Source: Octopus vulgaris (taxonomy: Eukaryota). Taken from it: 64,000 nt of DNA. The notes below the pieces were generated by a model, which worked only from the letters and a program-made list of their open reading frames with translations, was not told the DNA's origin and searched no databases. This document shows, one piece after another, positions 37,690-50,861 of this stretch. The DNA lies in assembly GCA_951406725.2 (NCBI GenBank), contig OX597817.1, positions 11,470,001 through 11,534,000 on the forward strand. The letters run 5' to 3'. The translations under genes were made by a program, and so were the position numbers. Numbering within the stretch: position 1 is the first letter of the stretch; every line of letters begins with the position of its first letter.

Positions 37690-37870
37690 GGCGCAGGAGT
37701 GGCCGTGTGGTAAGTAGCTTGCTAACCAACCACATGGTTCCGGGTTCAGTCCCACTGCGTGGCATCTTGGGCAAGTGTCTTCTGCCATAGCCCCGGGCCG
37801 ACCAATGCCTTGTGAGTGGATTTGGTAGACGGAAACTGAAAGAAGCCTGTCGTATATGTGTATATATATG

Positions 37871-37903
<33 letters not shown>

Positions 37904-38140
37904 TTGTGTGTCTGTGTGTGTGTGTGTGTTTGTGTGTCTGTGTTTGTCCCTCTAGCATCGCTTGACAACCGAATCTGGTGTGTTTACGTCCCCGTAACTT
38001 AGCGGTTCAGCAAAAGAGGCCAATAGAATAAGTACTGGGTTTACAAAGAATAAGTCCCGGGGCTGATTTGCTCGACTAAAGGCGGTGCTCCAGCATGGCC
38101 GCAGTCAAATGACTGAAACAAGTAAAAGAGAGTAAAAGAG
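37690..38140 (+). mobile_element. SINE family A, full length
   Basis: As 17660. Confidence 0.92.
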
Positions 38141-38566
38141 AATTGGTAGAAGCGACGACGATGGCAGCAACATTCCGCTTGTCGTTGTATATATTTCAAG
38201 AAACTGTGAACTCTTATACTGGTAACCTATGAATATGAATAGAATATTCTGTTGTTGGCCTTCATAATGTTTAAAATTCACTCCAGCTCTGGCTAATCAG
38301 CTTTCGTTTGCATACATCCATTCGTATAAAACCACACACGAATGCACAAATACATTTATGCTTTTACGTTTTTACTATTTCACATGTTTAAATCATTGGG
38401 TGCAATCATACTGGTATGCCGTTTTCAAGCGGTACTCGATTAAATTAGCTTAAATTTGATACTTTTAATGTCGGTCTATCGGTCTTTACTGTCGCCATAA
38501 ACAAACCAATATTGGTTGGCATGCTGTAAAAGACAAACACAAACACAACTCACATACTCACACACA

Positions 38567-38633
<67 letters not shown>

Positions 38634-38634
<1 letters not shown>

Positions 38635-39010
38635 TAGCAGTATCGCCCGGCGTTGCTCAGGTTTGTAAGGGAAATAACTATAAAGCATTTTTAGAGAGTT
38701 ATAGCCAAAAAATAGCAAAAAAATGGAAAAAAAATGATGGTAAATTTTTTTTTAGTTGAAAAAGGTGGAGTTGCGTCCCCTAGACAGTTTGCGGTTTGTG
38801 TTTCTGATTCTCGACCCCATGTCGAATTTATCGATTTTTTTCAAAACTGGGGGAACTTTTCAAAATTTTCGCTGCGTTAGTTTTGAATTATGACATTGGG
38901 CTATGTGTGTGTCAAGTTTCATCAGAATCGGTTGAAAGCTGTGGTCAGGGTGAGGGTACAAGCAAACAGACACACAGAAACACGCACAGACAAACTGCCG
39001 TTTATATATA
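38634..39010 (-). mobile_element. Non-autonomous Helitron
   Basis: Closely similar to 26772; CTAG end with hairpin; in (TA)n. Confidence 0.82.
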
Positions 39011-40115
39011 TATATATATATATACTACGAGCTTCTAAGCAGTTTCCTTTAAATAAATTCACTTCTGACGCATTGGTAGAACTGTGGCAATAGTAGAAGT
39101 CACACACTTGCCTAAATTCCAGCCATTCTTCCCGTATAAATATTCAGTATCTTATATCCCTAATGATGATATAGTCAACAGTCTGAAAGAGGATATAAGT
39201 TTTTATATATATATATATAAGTGTTTGTAGATTGCATGTACTGAAACGGGAAAACCAACTTCAGTCAAACCGATCATACTCTAAACATGAAATCTACTTT
39301 TCAACACAGCAAAGCTAAAAGCGTGCGCTTAAAAAAAAAAAAACTAGCACACACTCGCGCGCTGATCTGCTACATTTGTATAAAAATGCACTTTCAAGTG
39401 CTTTTCTTAGTTAATTATTACTTGTTTGTTGCCAAAACTTGTACTGTTATGCAAAGTGGGGCAAGCTAACACCTGTTCTTCCCTGTTTTTTGTACAATAT
39501 GGATAGCCATATGCTATTATTTATTCTTTGCGTGACCAGAAAAATGAGTTACCTTCCTCTGGTATACAGGTAACATTTCGATTGGTCGACGTCTCATTCA
39601 GGGGAAATGTTCTGATCTCAGCTACTAGAGATCTGGATAGCTAACCTCATGTGTCTATGATTCGAGACTAACTAAAATATATTGACAACAGGGTCATCTC
39701 CTTTATCTTTTCCTTTTTAATTATTCGTGATCATGAAAGGGAAAATTACCTACCTCGAAGATAAAAGTATGTTTATTAAAATTACACACCGCAAGTCTAT
39801 CTTAAATCTGTGTTTCTGAAAATAAAATATGAACATGTATTTGTACTAATAACTAAATTTATATTGTTTATACCTATAAGTGCACAAACTTTGTTCTTTA
39901 TTGAGTATTTGTTACTTTAAGCAGAGATCGACGCGACGGAGATTTAAACTTATAAATGACAAAAAGTCTTTTGTATATTTAGTGATGTTCTTTTGCATTC
40001 TGGTTTTAAATCAGTGTTTCTTTCAGGGAAGGTGATATACGGTTTGAAAAGTGGGGATCAACACCTTACTATATAAATCTTTTCCTACTCTACGGCAAAA
40101 AAGCAGAATTATTTA

Positions 40116-41149
40116 TCAGGTCATCCCATAAGTTCTGTCCGAATTTTGAATAAAGAAAACAAGTGATCAAATGTTTTATTTAATTGAAATTTAATCATCA
40201 ATGTGCTTTCCCTGATTATCTATGACTTCCTTCCATCTATTGACAAGCATTTTAATCCCATCAATGTAAAACTCTTTTGGTTTCAAAGTGAAGAACTCTG
40301 AAATGTCAGTTTCGACCTCCTCCTGGCTTGTGAAAGTTACATCCCCCAAATGATTCTATAAACTACGAAACAAATGGTAGTCTGAAGGAGCAATGTCGGA
40401 AGAATAAGGTGAATGAGGAATTTTTTCCCAACCAAGCTCTTCGATCTTCTGTGATGTGATCTTTGCAGTGTGGAGTCGTGCATTGTCCTGGCTAAACGTC
40501 ACTCCTTTTCGATTCACTAAAGCGGGTCTTTTTTTCTTCAAAGCTTGGTTCAAATGCTCTAATTGCTGACAGAAGACTTGAGCAGTGATTGTTGCATTAG
40601 GTGGTAACAATTCAAAGTGAAATACTCCTTTGCAATTTCACCGGATACAGAGAACAACCTTTTTCTCATGAAGTTTCCTTCTCGCTTGTGGTTGAGCTTT
40701 TTCCCTTTTACGAAGCCACTATTTACGACGTTTAACATTTCGATAAAAGATCCATTTTTCGTCACCAGTCACAAATCTATCCAAAAAGGGTAAAATGAGT
40801 TCGTGAGAATGGAGAGAAAAGCAGATGTCAACTCGGGATTTGCGGTTGCTTTCGGACAATTCATGAGGCATCCATTTCCCAAGTTCCGAGTCGCTTCGGC
40901 TGCAGTTTCCTTTTTTTGTACTCATAAAGCATTTGTACTCAAATGCTCTTTGGATTCTCCCATCTTAGAAAGGGCTTTAATCAAAGAAATTTTAATTATA
41001 TTGTTCTATAAAATAATATTTAATTAGTTTAAATGTACACAAATTCATAAAAATAATTTTAAATTCCATTAGACATTCTAAAATGCTATTAAATTTCTTT
41101 CAATTTAAAAAAAAAGGTAAAATCGGACAGAACCTATGGGATGACCTGT
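40116..41149 (-). mobile_element. Mariner (D,D34D) transposon with TIRs, pseudogenised transposase
   Basis: WMPHEL, VTGDEKW, QDNARLH, HSPYSSDIAPSDYHLFRSL in broken frames; TIRs CAGGTCATCCCATAAGTTCTGTCCGA / TCGGACAGAACCTATGGGATGACCTG. Confidence 0.9.
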
Positions 41150-41435
41150 CACTCTTTCAGTTACGATGACGAGTATTCCAGCTGTTTCAGTCAACGGAAC
41201 AACCTCTTCGTGAAGTTTACTTGCAAGACGCTGAGCACTCTTAACGTCATTCTGAAGGATAATCACCATGACGCAGAATGTGACCACGCTGACCCATTGA
41301 ATGCAACTCATTTTTGCCAGCTTAGTGAACTGGAGCAACGTAAAATAAAGTGTCTTGTTCAAGGACACAATTTTTCGCGGGGAATCGAACTCGCGAGCTG
41401 AACGCTCTCACCGCTAAACCACGCTCCTTCACCTT
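41149..41435 (-). mobile_element. SINE family B copy abutting the mariner TIR
   Basis: Reverse complement of the 6781 family (AAAGTGTCTTGTTCAAGGACACAA, GGGAATCGAACTC). Confidence 0.75.
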
Positions 41436-41965
41436 CTATTCAATAAACAATAGTGAGATATGACTAATATTTTTGACGAGATGGGCTGGTTTTGCTAGTT
41501 TTAGGACGACTGTTTTACATTCTTCTGGAATCAGCGCTGACTTTCGTACATCCTGGAGAGACAAAATATATATCGCCTACAAAACAGACCAGATGTTTAC
41601 AACTGCGTTCTCTTCTAAATGTTTTAGCATTTTGCCTAAGTTAGAAACGATACAGTTCAAGTCTGTTATTGCTTATTCTGGAAGTTAATGACTTATACGA
41701 ACGACTCGTGATATAAGCGACAGGCACCAAATAAAATGTAATTTAAACGCATATATAAATAATATACATACAAGCATATATATATGTATACATCTCTATA
41801 TATATGAGTGTATTTGGTAGACAGAAATTGAAAAAAGCCCGTCATATATATTTATGTGTGCGTGTGAGTGTGCGCGCGCACGGGCGTGTGTTTATTTTTC
41901 CTCTCACCCCGCTATCTTTCGACAACCTCTGCTGGAGCATTTATTTGCCCGTAACTTAGTGGTTC

Positions 41966-42016
<51 letters not shown>

Positions 42017-42069
42017 TGATATGCATATATATATATATACATATATTTATTTATATATATACAGTGATA

Positions 42070-42117
<48 letters not shown>

Positions 42118-42204
42118 GTTTGATAGATAAGCAAACAGACAGACAGACAAATAGACAGATAGATAGACAGAAAGACAGACAGACATGCAGATAGATAGAC
42201 AGGC

Positions 42205-42284
<80 letters not shown>

Positions 42285-42289
42285 TCACC

Positions 42290-42826
42290 AGAGCATATAC
42301 CTTGACGCCTCTGTCGTTTATTCTTAACCATTTCCTCATCTGCAAATTCCTTAGCACCAGCTTTCAAAATCAGTGACGGTCCTCCAATATCAGTTCATGA
42401 ATTTTCATGATGTTTTCATTTGTCCGGGAGGTTGATGATTGCCCTGAACGCGGTTGGTCTTCAAGCAACAAGTGACCATTCCTAATACGCGAAAACCACT
42501 CGTAAGATTATGTTTTACTCGTGGCAGCGCCCTTGTAAGCTGTTTGAAGCATGGCAACTTTTCCGGCCGTCGTTTTCCATAGCAGAAAACAACATTTCGC
42601 GGAAGCACGCTGTTTCTTCGTTACAGGCATCGCAAAAATCGAGAAACAGGAGAGAAGCAATGCAAAACGAAGACTACCTCGTAGCAGTGCGACTCCAACC
42701 GACGACAACTTTCAGTACGCTGATGTCTGAAGGTCACATCAAGTGGCTTCTAGCGGCGGAAGCTTGAACTACAACGGGTTCGTCGAACAGAGAACGATTC
42801 TTGTTACTTATGGGTATCTCCACGTA
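42290..42826 (-). mobile_element. Degenerate mariner (family M1), 5' part
   Basis: QRASAKCCFLLWKTTAGKVAMLQTAYKGAATSKT resembles a mariner N-terminal HTH. Confidence 0.75.
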
Positions 42827-43165
42827 TACATAAATACATGTAAGTGTACACACACACACACACACTCACACACATATATATATATATGTGTGTGTGTGTG
42901 TATATATATAGTGTAATAAATAAAATATATGCATACATACAAACATATATGTACGTACCTACATCTACATGTATATATACATGCATATATAAATATATAT
43001 ACGTGAGTACAGGACATCACAACTAGACGTAGAACTCAACGAGAAAACGAAAACGGAAAAACCATTTTTTTACAACAGAAAAACAGAGTACAGGACATAC
43101 TACACAAGGAAGAATCCCCTTCATCAGCTGTCACTAGTTCGACTCAAGCGTGTTTCGAAGGCAAG

Positions 43166-43200
<35 letters not shown>

Positions 43201-43724
43201 TACATGCTCATACGTCTGTGCATTTCAATTTCCATCATACAACTAAGAAATAGTCCAACACGGCAATACGGACAGTTATGTATTTTCACAAACTGAACCG
43301 TATACAAGTGCTATAGATTGAATCTGTATCTCCCATACAAATTGAATTTGCAGACGCCGCAAAATGTAACAGCTTTCACATGCCTCGATAATGAAAAGTT
43401 TTTAAATTTTCAACAATATCACGTAGGCATTTGCAAGAATAAGCAAGTGAAATACTGTCATTATACGTACAATTTTACAACGTACATAATCAAGATCTGG
43501 ATTTCAATTTAGCTATACGTATATTCAAGTTTGGATTGTCTGCAAAAGTACAATAAACGCTCTGCCTGAATATTTTAGTTATGTGAAAATAGTTGTATAT
43601 TGCATTATCAGTCATTGCCGACGTGTGAATATTTATTCAGATTACCAATTTATATATTAGAGGCAGAACTGTGTAAATAAGAAGTGAAAATATATGTATG
43701 TATGTATGTATGTATGCATATACA

Positions 43725-43763
<39 letters not shown>

Positions 43764-44301
43764 GTTTAAATATTTGTTGTGCAAGATTTTTTATGTGAAG
43801 TCGTGTGTTGAAACAGATATTTTTATATTTCGGAATGGTCATATTGCCAGTTTAGCCAATAAAAACACACGCACTATATATTTGGTGTTATTTTGCTTCA
43901 GTGATATTTATTTTTTACATTAATCTTAATCTTATTTCGGCCAAAGTTCTTTCGTCACACTCCTGTGACCGCATCAGTGGTCCTTTGTTTTCTTCTCACT
44001 TACTTGTGTCTCTCCTTACTAACCGTCAGCCATTTTGTATTTCTATTGTATGTCTTCATTTGCGCATGCTTATATCTCTATGTGCGTCTATGTTTATTTA
44101 GTGTGTGTGTGGGGGGGATGCCTGTAATATTTGTATCTTCTGGTTATATACATTCTTGTAATTTGTATTTTGTTTTTGTTGTTGTTGCTTTTGTTCTAAT
44201 TTTATTCATGTGTTTACATCCACCCATTATTATCATTACATATGCTTGTATGTATGTATAACAACAATATTAGTAATAATAATAATAAATCTAATCGAGA
44301 A

Positions 44302-45732
44302 ATGGCTAGGAAGACACATATAGAAAGATGGCGCGGATGGACCAGAGCCATACGGAGCCCCGCAAATGTCCATCAGGTAAAGAAAATGATCGCACATGCA
44401 CTAGGAGCTAGTATAAGAGTTACCCTAAAAGGCCACACATTTAAATTTAATAATAAAATATATGCCCAGGACGAGGGGGCAGCCATCGGTGTTAGTATCG
44501 CTGGTGATGTGGCCAACCTCTTCATGGTATGGTGGGACAGAAGGCTTAAAGAATGCCTACTGCAGAAATCCATACTAGTAAACATGTACTCTCGCTATGT
44601 TGATGATATCAATATAGTAGTAAAGGCACCCCCACAAGAAAGTACTGTTGATATAGTAATAGAAACTAATACTATGGAGAGCATCCAGCAAATAGCTAAC
44701 TCCATCCACCAGAGTATTAAGGTCACAATAGACTACCCCACTAAACACCCCAACCATAGACTACCAGTACTAGACACTGAACTCTGGCTAGAAATTGTGA
44801 AAAATAAAACCCAAATCCTTCATTCATACTATGCAAAACCTATGGCCTCAAAATACCTGATCCACCGGAACTCAGCCATTGCGGGCAATGCCAAATTCAA
44901 TATTTTGATGGCAGACCTCGTCAGAATAATGAGAAATGTGTCACGCATGTGCGAGCCTACAGAATTAAAGAGACACATACAGTATTTCATTCACCGCATG
45001 CAGTTCTCAGGTTACAGCCATAAAGAAAGGATCAGAGTATACAAAGGAGCCATGAAGAAATTTGATAATATATTATGTAATGATAGGAATGGGATTTGCC
45101 CACTCTATAGGAACAAGTCATGGAACACTATAGAAAGGACAAAAAAGAAAATAAGGAAGGCCAACTCTTGGTATGATAGCCATAAATACCAGAGTGTCAT
45201 GTTCGTTGACACCACCCCTGGAGGTGAACTAGCGTACCGCTTTAGAAGGACCCTAGATAAACTTAAACTAAGAATTAAGGTTGTTGAAAAGCCAGGCAAC
45301 CCTATCAGATCTATAATTGGTAGAACCTATCCTTTTAGTAGAACTCTCTGTACGGATAACTATTGCACTGTATGTAGATTTAGCCCACAAACGAACTGTA
45401 AAGCCAGAAATGTGGTCTATAGTATAAGATGTATAGAGGGACGATGCAGTAACAAGACAATAACATACGTAGGGGAAACTGCAAGAAGCATTGGTGAGCG
45501 GGTGAATGAACATTGGAGACAACTCAAGGAAGGTAAAAGCTCATCGATTCTGTACCAACACGCCGAACAAGAACACGGGGGATCAATCAATAACATAGAG
45601 ATTAAGATATTGTCCACACATAGAACAGATGCAACAATTAGACAAATTACAGAAGCTACACATATAATAGAAAATAAACCTAGCCTGAATAGAAAACTAG
45701 AATGGAGCAATAGCGCACACCACAACATATGA
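44302..45732 (+). CDS. Penelope-like RT (motifs 4-7, thumb) + Cys linker + GIY-YIG endonuclease, N-terminally truncated
   Basis: [96 protein letters not shown]; 476 uninterrupted codons. Confidence 0.92.
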   Translation: MARKTHIERWRGWTRAIRSPANVHQVKKMIAHALGASIRVTLKGHTFKFNNKIYAQDEGAAIGVSIAGDVANLFMVWWDRRLKECLLQKSILVNMYSRYVDDINIVVKAPPQESTVDIVIETNTMESIQQIANSIHQSIKVTIDYPTKHPNHRLPVLDTELWLEIVKNKTQILHSYYAKPMASKYLIHRNSAIAGNAKFNILMADLVRIMRNVSRMCEPTELKRHIQYFIHRMQFSGYSHKERIRVYKGAMKKFDNILCNDRNGICPLYRNKSWNTIERTKKKIRKANSWYDSHKYQSVMFVDTTPGGELAYRFRRTLDKLKLRIKVVEKPGNPIRSIIGRTYPFSRTLCTDNYCTVCRFSPQTNCKARNVVYSIRCIEGRCSNKTITYVGETARSIGERVNEHWRQLKEGKSSSILYQHAEQEHGGSINNIEIKILSTHRTDATIRQITEATHIIENKPSLNRKLEWSNSAHHNI

Positions 45733-46259
45733 CAATAGTGGATCCTGCAAACATAATAAATACACAGGTAATTAAAGAAATAGAAATGAATATCTATATA
45801 TATGTATATGTGTATATATATGTATATGTATATGTGTATATATGTGTGTATATATGTATATATGTATATATATATATGTATATGTATGTGTATGTATATA
45901 TATATATATGTATATGTATATTCTTTTTTTTTTTTTTTTTTTCTCGATTAGATTTATTATTATTATTACTAATATTGTTGTTATACATACATACAAGCAT
46001 ATGTAATGATAATAATGGGTGGATGTAAACACATGAATAAAATTAGAACAAAAGCAACAACAACAAAAACAAAATACAAATTACAAGAATGTATATAACC
46101 AGAAGATACAAATATTACAGGCATCCCCCCCCACACACACACTAAATAAACATAGACGCACATAGAGATATAAGCATGCGCAAATGAAGACATACAATAG
46201 AAATACAAAATGGCTGACGGTTAGTAAGGAGAGACACAAGTAAGTGAGAAGAAAACAAA

Positions 46260-46304
46260 GGACCACTGATGCGGTCACAGGAGTGTGACGAAAGAACTTT
46301 GGCC
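46260..46304 (+). ncRNA. Variant minimal hammerhead in the pLTR (second copy 43939-43983, minus strand)
   Basis: GGACCA CUGAUGC G GUCAC aggagu GUGAC GAAA GAAC UU UGGCC. Confidence 0.65.
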
Positions 46305-46418
46305 GAAATAAGATTAAGATTAATGTAAAAAATAAATATCACTGAAGCAAAATAACACCAAATATATAGTGCGTGTGTTTTTATTGGCTAAACTGGCAAT
46401 ATGACCATTCCGAAATAT

Positions 46419-46481
<63 letters not shown>

Positions 46482-46491
46482 TGTATGTATG

Positions 46492-46534
<43 letters not shown>

Positions 46535-46676
46535 GTATATATATGTATGTATGGTATGTATGTATGTATATCTATGTGTGTATATTTTATTATATATATA
46601 TATACGCATGTATATGTCTGTCTATCTATCTATCTGTGTGTGTGTATTATATATATTTATATATATATATATATAC

Positions 46677-46740
<64 letters not shown>

Positions 46741-47186
46741 ACATATATAAAACACAGTTCCACAATATCAACCTGACCTCATATTTCGTTATACGACACT
46801 GGCCACTATGCACTTCCATATCTGTGTTGATCGCGCCATTCTTTTACCTTTTGACCTAAATATGAAGAAAGTATTGGTGCTCATAATTCGGTACTTTACT
46901 GGAATTAAGGTGTTATTCATTTTCGTGTTCGACTGAATTTATATGTAAATTAAGATAAAATGTATACATACTTACATGCCCCCCCACACACACATGAGTT
47001 TATATGTGTGTGTGTCTGTGTGTGTGTACATATATATTCACACACATACACACTAAGCACAAGCAAGACTGCTCAATATGTAAAGCAGAGTTAAACAACA
47101 CCTGTCGAATTAGCAATTAAAGCCGAAATTTCATACTGTTCTTACTCTTGTCTTGGGATGTGATTAAAGGTTTATTATCAAATCTG

Positions 47187-47645
47187 GCGAACGTTGATAC
47201 AAATTGGATTTTTATGTAAAAAGGAGAGTAAATGGGGCTGGAAGGGGATCAAAATTTACAGGAGGGGGTAACTTGAGGTGAGAAATTGATTGGGAGAGGT
47301 TTTGGGGCGTTACAGCGGTTGCTTTGGTGTGAAAACGGGGATTTTATTGATTTTGGGGGACACTTGGTAGTCTACATTGGACACCTTTTGCCCGATTTCA
47401 ATCAATATTTTTTTCTAGAAGAAAGCGAACGTTGATACAAATTGGGCTTTTATGTAAAAAAAAAAAAAAGGGGGGTCTAAATGGGGCTGGAAGGGAATTG
47501 AAATTTACAGGAGGGGGTAACGTGAAGTAAGAAATTGATTGGGAGATGTTTTGGCGCTACTGTGGTTATGTTGGTGTTTCATTGATTTTTGGGGAGACTT
47601 GGTGGTCTATATTGGACACCTTTTGCCCGATTTCAATCAAATTTT
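47187..47645. repeat. Diverged tandem dimer, period ~238 bp, probably inside an old Helitron-like element
   Basis: GCGAACGTTGATACAAATTGG at 47187 and 47425; both units end CCCGATTTCAATCAA. Confidence 0.8.
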
Positions 47646-47864
47646 CAACATGGTAAAGTGGAAGCGGATTTGTAATTTAAGTGCGAAAAATGGGTCCGAA
47701 ATTTTGAAAATTAAGGCAAGATTTTTGAAGTTGAAAAAAAATTTCTCATTTTTACGTATTTTTGTCTTTTATTTTTTTATTGTTTACAGTTTTCATTTTT
47801 TATGAAAGAAATTTACAGCTGTATGTAGCCCGTGTTTAGAGCTTTCATTTGCATGGTCAATCGT

Positions 47865-48296
47865 CGAAAAATTCCCCAAAGATTTGTCCTATGAAGAAAG
47901 GCTGAGGACGCTCGACCTTTATTCTCTTGAAAAACGCCGCCGCCGTGGTGATCTCATTCTCGCCCACAACATCATAAGCGGAAAGTGTAACCTCTCGAAA
48001 GATCTGTTCTTCACTCCTGCTCCAGAGCGTCGGCTGCGGGGTCACTCCGAAAAGCTCTATCTGCGACGATTTCATCTCAATCGAAGGAGAGGAGCTTTCT
48101 CCGTCCGGGTTGCGGTTCCGTGGAACAAGCTGCCAGACGAGATGGTGAAGATGCCGACGACCGCTTTGTTCAAAGCCTCCCTTGACCTCAAGTGGCCTGA
48201 ACTCTTTACATGAACACCACCCTGTACTTAACTCCATGTCCCCCTACATGGCCTTGCTATTTGCTTTTGAGCCAAATTAACTAACTAACTAACTAA
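47865..48296 (+). mobile_element. CR1-type LINE 3' fragment
   Basis: SYEERLRTLDLYSLEKRRRRGDLI...RLRGHSEKL...FSVRVAVPWNKLP...FKASLD; (AACT)n tail. Confidence 0.92.
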
Positions 48297-48719
48297 GTAC
48301 TAAATTTAACAAAGAAATCCTTTTTTTCCTTATTTTTAATCACTCAAATAGCGGCACGTGCAAAAGGTACTGCCTGATATTTATGATTGATCTTTCTCAA
48401 CTTACTCAAGATCTTTTGTTTTTTTATAAATGGGAGAGTGAGTGATAGATAGAAAAAGATAGAAAGTAAGAGAAAGCGAGGGAGAGACCGAGAGAAAAGA
48501 AGGGTCAGAGAGTAGGAAAGTGAGAGAGAGGGGAGAGAGAAACAAAGAGGGAGAATGTAGCGATAAGAAACAGAAAGGAAGCAACAGAAAGTAACAACCA
48601 CACCTTCACCCACGCGTAGAGCGGGTCACCTTAACCTATTAAATTATAAATTTATATAGGTGCTATACATTTGGTCAACACAAATCATACATAAAGCTTC
48701 TATGATTATAACTCTTAAT

Positions 48720-49055
48720 AAGGTGGCGAGCTGGCAGAAACGTTAGCACGCCGGGCGGTATTTCGTCTGCCGTTACGTTGTGAGTTCAAATTCCACTGAG
48801 GTCGACTTTGCCTTTCATCCTTTCGGGGTCGATAAATTAAGTACCAGTTACGCACTGGGGTCGATGTAATCGACTTAATACCTATGTCTGTCCTTGTTTG
48901 TCCCCTCTATCTTTAGCTCCTTGTGGGTAATAAAGAAATAGGTATTTCTTCTGTGTTTACGTTCTGAGTTCAAATTCCGCCGAGGTCGACTTTGCCTTTA
49001 TCCTTTCGGGGTCGATAAATTAAGTACCAGTAGCGTACTGGGGGCCGATCTTAAT
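48720..49055 (+). mobile_element. SINE family D with duplicated central domain
   Basis: GGCGAGCTGGCAGAAACGTTAG; GAGTTCAAATTCC..GGTCGACTTTGCCTTTCATCCTTTCGGGGTCGATAAATTAAGTACCAG twice. Further copies near 19615, 56530, 61200, 61410 and 63472. Confidence 0.85.
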
Positions 49056-49117
49056 ATTGGGGGAATCAAACTCTATGTATTCAAAGCAATGAGAACCCAG
49101 GTTCGAAATTTGCCGAA

Positions 49118-49163
49118 GACATCTGATGAAGGCTGGAGGGTATATCAGCCGAAACGTTGTGTT
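49118..49163 (+). ncRNA. Compact minimal hammerhead of Penelope type
   Basis: GACAU CUGAUGA A GGCUGG aggguaua UCAGCC GAAA CG UU GUGUU; helix III palindrome AACGUU. Confidence 0.75.
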
Positions 49164-49581
49164 AACAACAAACAAGATGAGAACAAATATCCCTTAAATG
49201 TAAATAATGTAAATAATGTATTTTTAAGGGGGATACGGTATAGATAAAAGTCTTGGTACAGAAACCATACAATCGACAAACTATAGGCAGTAATTGAGTG
49301 AGAATGAACACTAATACAGAACGAAATATTTCATGATGTTGTATTCCATTGCTTCGCATGGCTTGCAGTGCCTCTTTGTAGATTCTAGTGGATATTGCGA
49401 ATAAGATGTATTTTAATTATTCAATATGTGTATATAAATTTAGAGATATAATACACACAGCCCAAATAACTGATCTCGTAGGATTATTCTTGTTGGATAA
49501 GATCCTTCAAATTGATTTGGTGTGGTTATTTTTCCAGATTCATTCTTTGACTTCGAGTTTCTTGTCTTATCAAGGTAAAAG

Positions 49582-49701
49582 GCAACGCCATCTAAGTCTG
49601 GAAATAAATTCGCTCGTTTTATGCAGAAGAGCTTCCATATATAAGTTCTTGGGTGGAATAGGTATATTCTAGATAGAAATACCCAAATATTGTTTCTCCA
49701 T
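49582..49701 (-). pseudogene. Decayed N-terminus of a Penelope-like ORF
   Basis: MEKQYLGISI*NIPIPPKNLYMEALLHKTSEFISRLRWRC resembles the YSLKNIPIP...F..R.RW start recalled from PLE proteins. Confidence 0.55.
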
Positions 49702-50166
49702 TTAGTCTAGTCCCTATTGATGTGCTCCAATGAGCTAAGTATAAATTACACAATTTTATGTAGAGATTTTTAACTTTAGCAATGCTCAGAAACAGGCTAG
49801 AATTAAAGGGCTCTAATTGAGCAAAGTTCCAATTTATGATTTCAATGGAGGCAATATCAGCGGAAAACTAGGGAAACATGGTCTATTATCCAATAGAATA
49901 TTCAATATATATGTGTGTACTTTCAATGGACATTAATAAATCAATATAAAGTTCCATATAATACAGTATTAAAATATACAAGTATATGAACATATAAATA
50001 TTTGATATTTAAAAATACGCTACTACGTGATGCGTCTTTGTTCTGCATTACTTCAGTTCAGACCATTCTATTATAGAATTTTAAAAAAATGTTTGATTCC
50101 ATTCCAATGCTTATCTGAAGTTAGCTATCCTAGTTCAAATCATACCAATTAAATCCTTACCGACAT

Positions 50167-50470
50167 AACATGTACCTCCTTGCGACAATGTAAACTTTCA
50201 TTCAATCATGATATCCTTGGCCTGAAAAGCAGCCTACAGTATACTTGGATATTTATCACTTCTGAGACCCCGCTCGCTATGAAACATATGTAGCCCGGAT
50301 CTTATCTATTCCGTTTCTTAACTCTTATATTCTTATTCGCAGACCCGGCAACCCTGGTCATCTACTGTGAGATATAAAAAGAACTTGTTTCGGTTTATTA
50401 TAAACCGATACGAAAAAATCCGTAACATTCCGTTTCAATAAACCACTCTGGTCCCTGGAAGTTGTTTTTT
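50167..50470 (+). mobile_element. HHR-bearing pLTR-like element (HHR 50215-50298)
   Basis: CCUUGGC CUGAAAA GCAGC..GCUAU GAAA CAUAUG UA GCCCGG; homologous to 22157. Confidence 0.7.
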
Positions 50471-50477
50471 ATATTTA

Positions 50478-50511
<34 letters not shown>

Positions 50512-50580
50512 TTTTTTCAGAGAAAAATTTCATCAAAAAGTGGCAGCATATTAAAATACCTTGAAAGGTTAAAATTATAA

Positions 50581-50840
50581 ATAACTTATAAACAAGGGCA
50601 AAAGAAAAATTATTTCCACGCCAATATGCTGACAACAAACTTTAAATCGTCAATTTCCACAAATCATTATACACTCACTATAAATACACGTTGCGCTGAA
50701 ATCGGGGAAGCTAGCCGATTTTAGCGCAACGTGTATTTATAGTGAGTGTATAATGATATGTGGAAATTGACGATTTAAAAGTCTGTTATCAGCATATTGG
50801 CAAGGAAATAATTTTTCTTTTGATCTTGTTTATAAGTTAT
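50581..50840. repeat. Foldback: ~125-bp inverted arms, 9-nt loop, in (TA)n
   Basis: 50581-50705 vs 50715-50840 with several mismatches. Confidence 0.9.
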
Positions 50841-50861
50841 ATATATATATATATATATATA

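Larger units (their letters stand above)
43762..46420 (+). mobile_element. Penelope-like retroelement, 5'-truncated, with inverted pseudo-LTRs
   Basis: 43823-44302 is the reverse complement of 45940-46420 (one G-run indel seen); RT+GIY-YIG ORF between; (TA)n flanks; ~60-nt extension on the left copy. Confidence 0.93.

Noticed and set aside
39560-39610. Additional hammerhead (CUGAAUGA…GAAA on the minus strand)
   Set aside because: Core spacing is off and the helices do not pair.
43010-43165. Permuted (type II) hammerhead in a repeat also present near 55010-55330
   Set aside because: GAAAC and CUGAUGA occur in reversed order on the minus strand, but helices I and III cannot be paired convincingly.
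43823-46420. DNA transposon with long TIRs, or selenoprotein-type PLE
   Set aside because: The cargo is RT+GIY-YIG with no transposase, and there is no in-frame TGA at Cys positions in the retained ORF.
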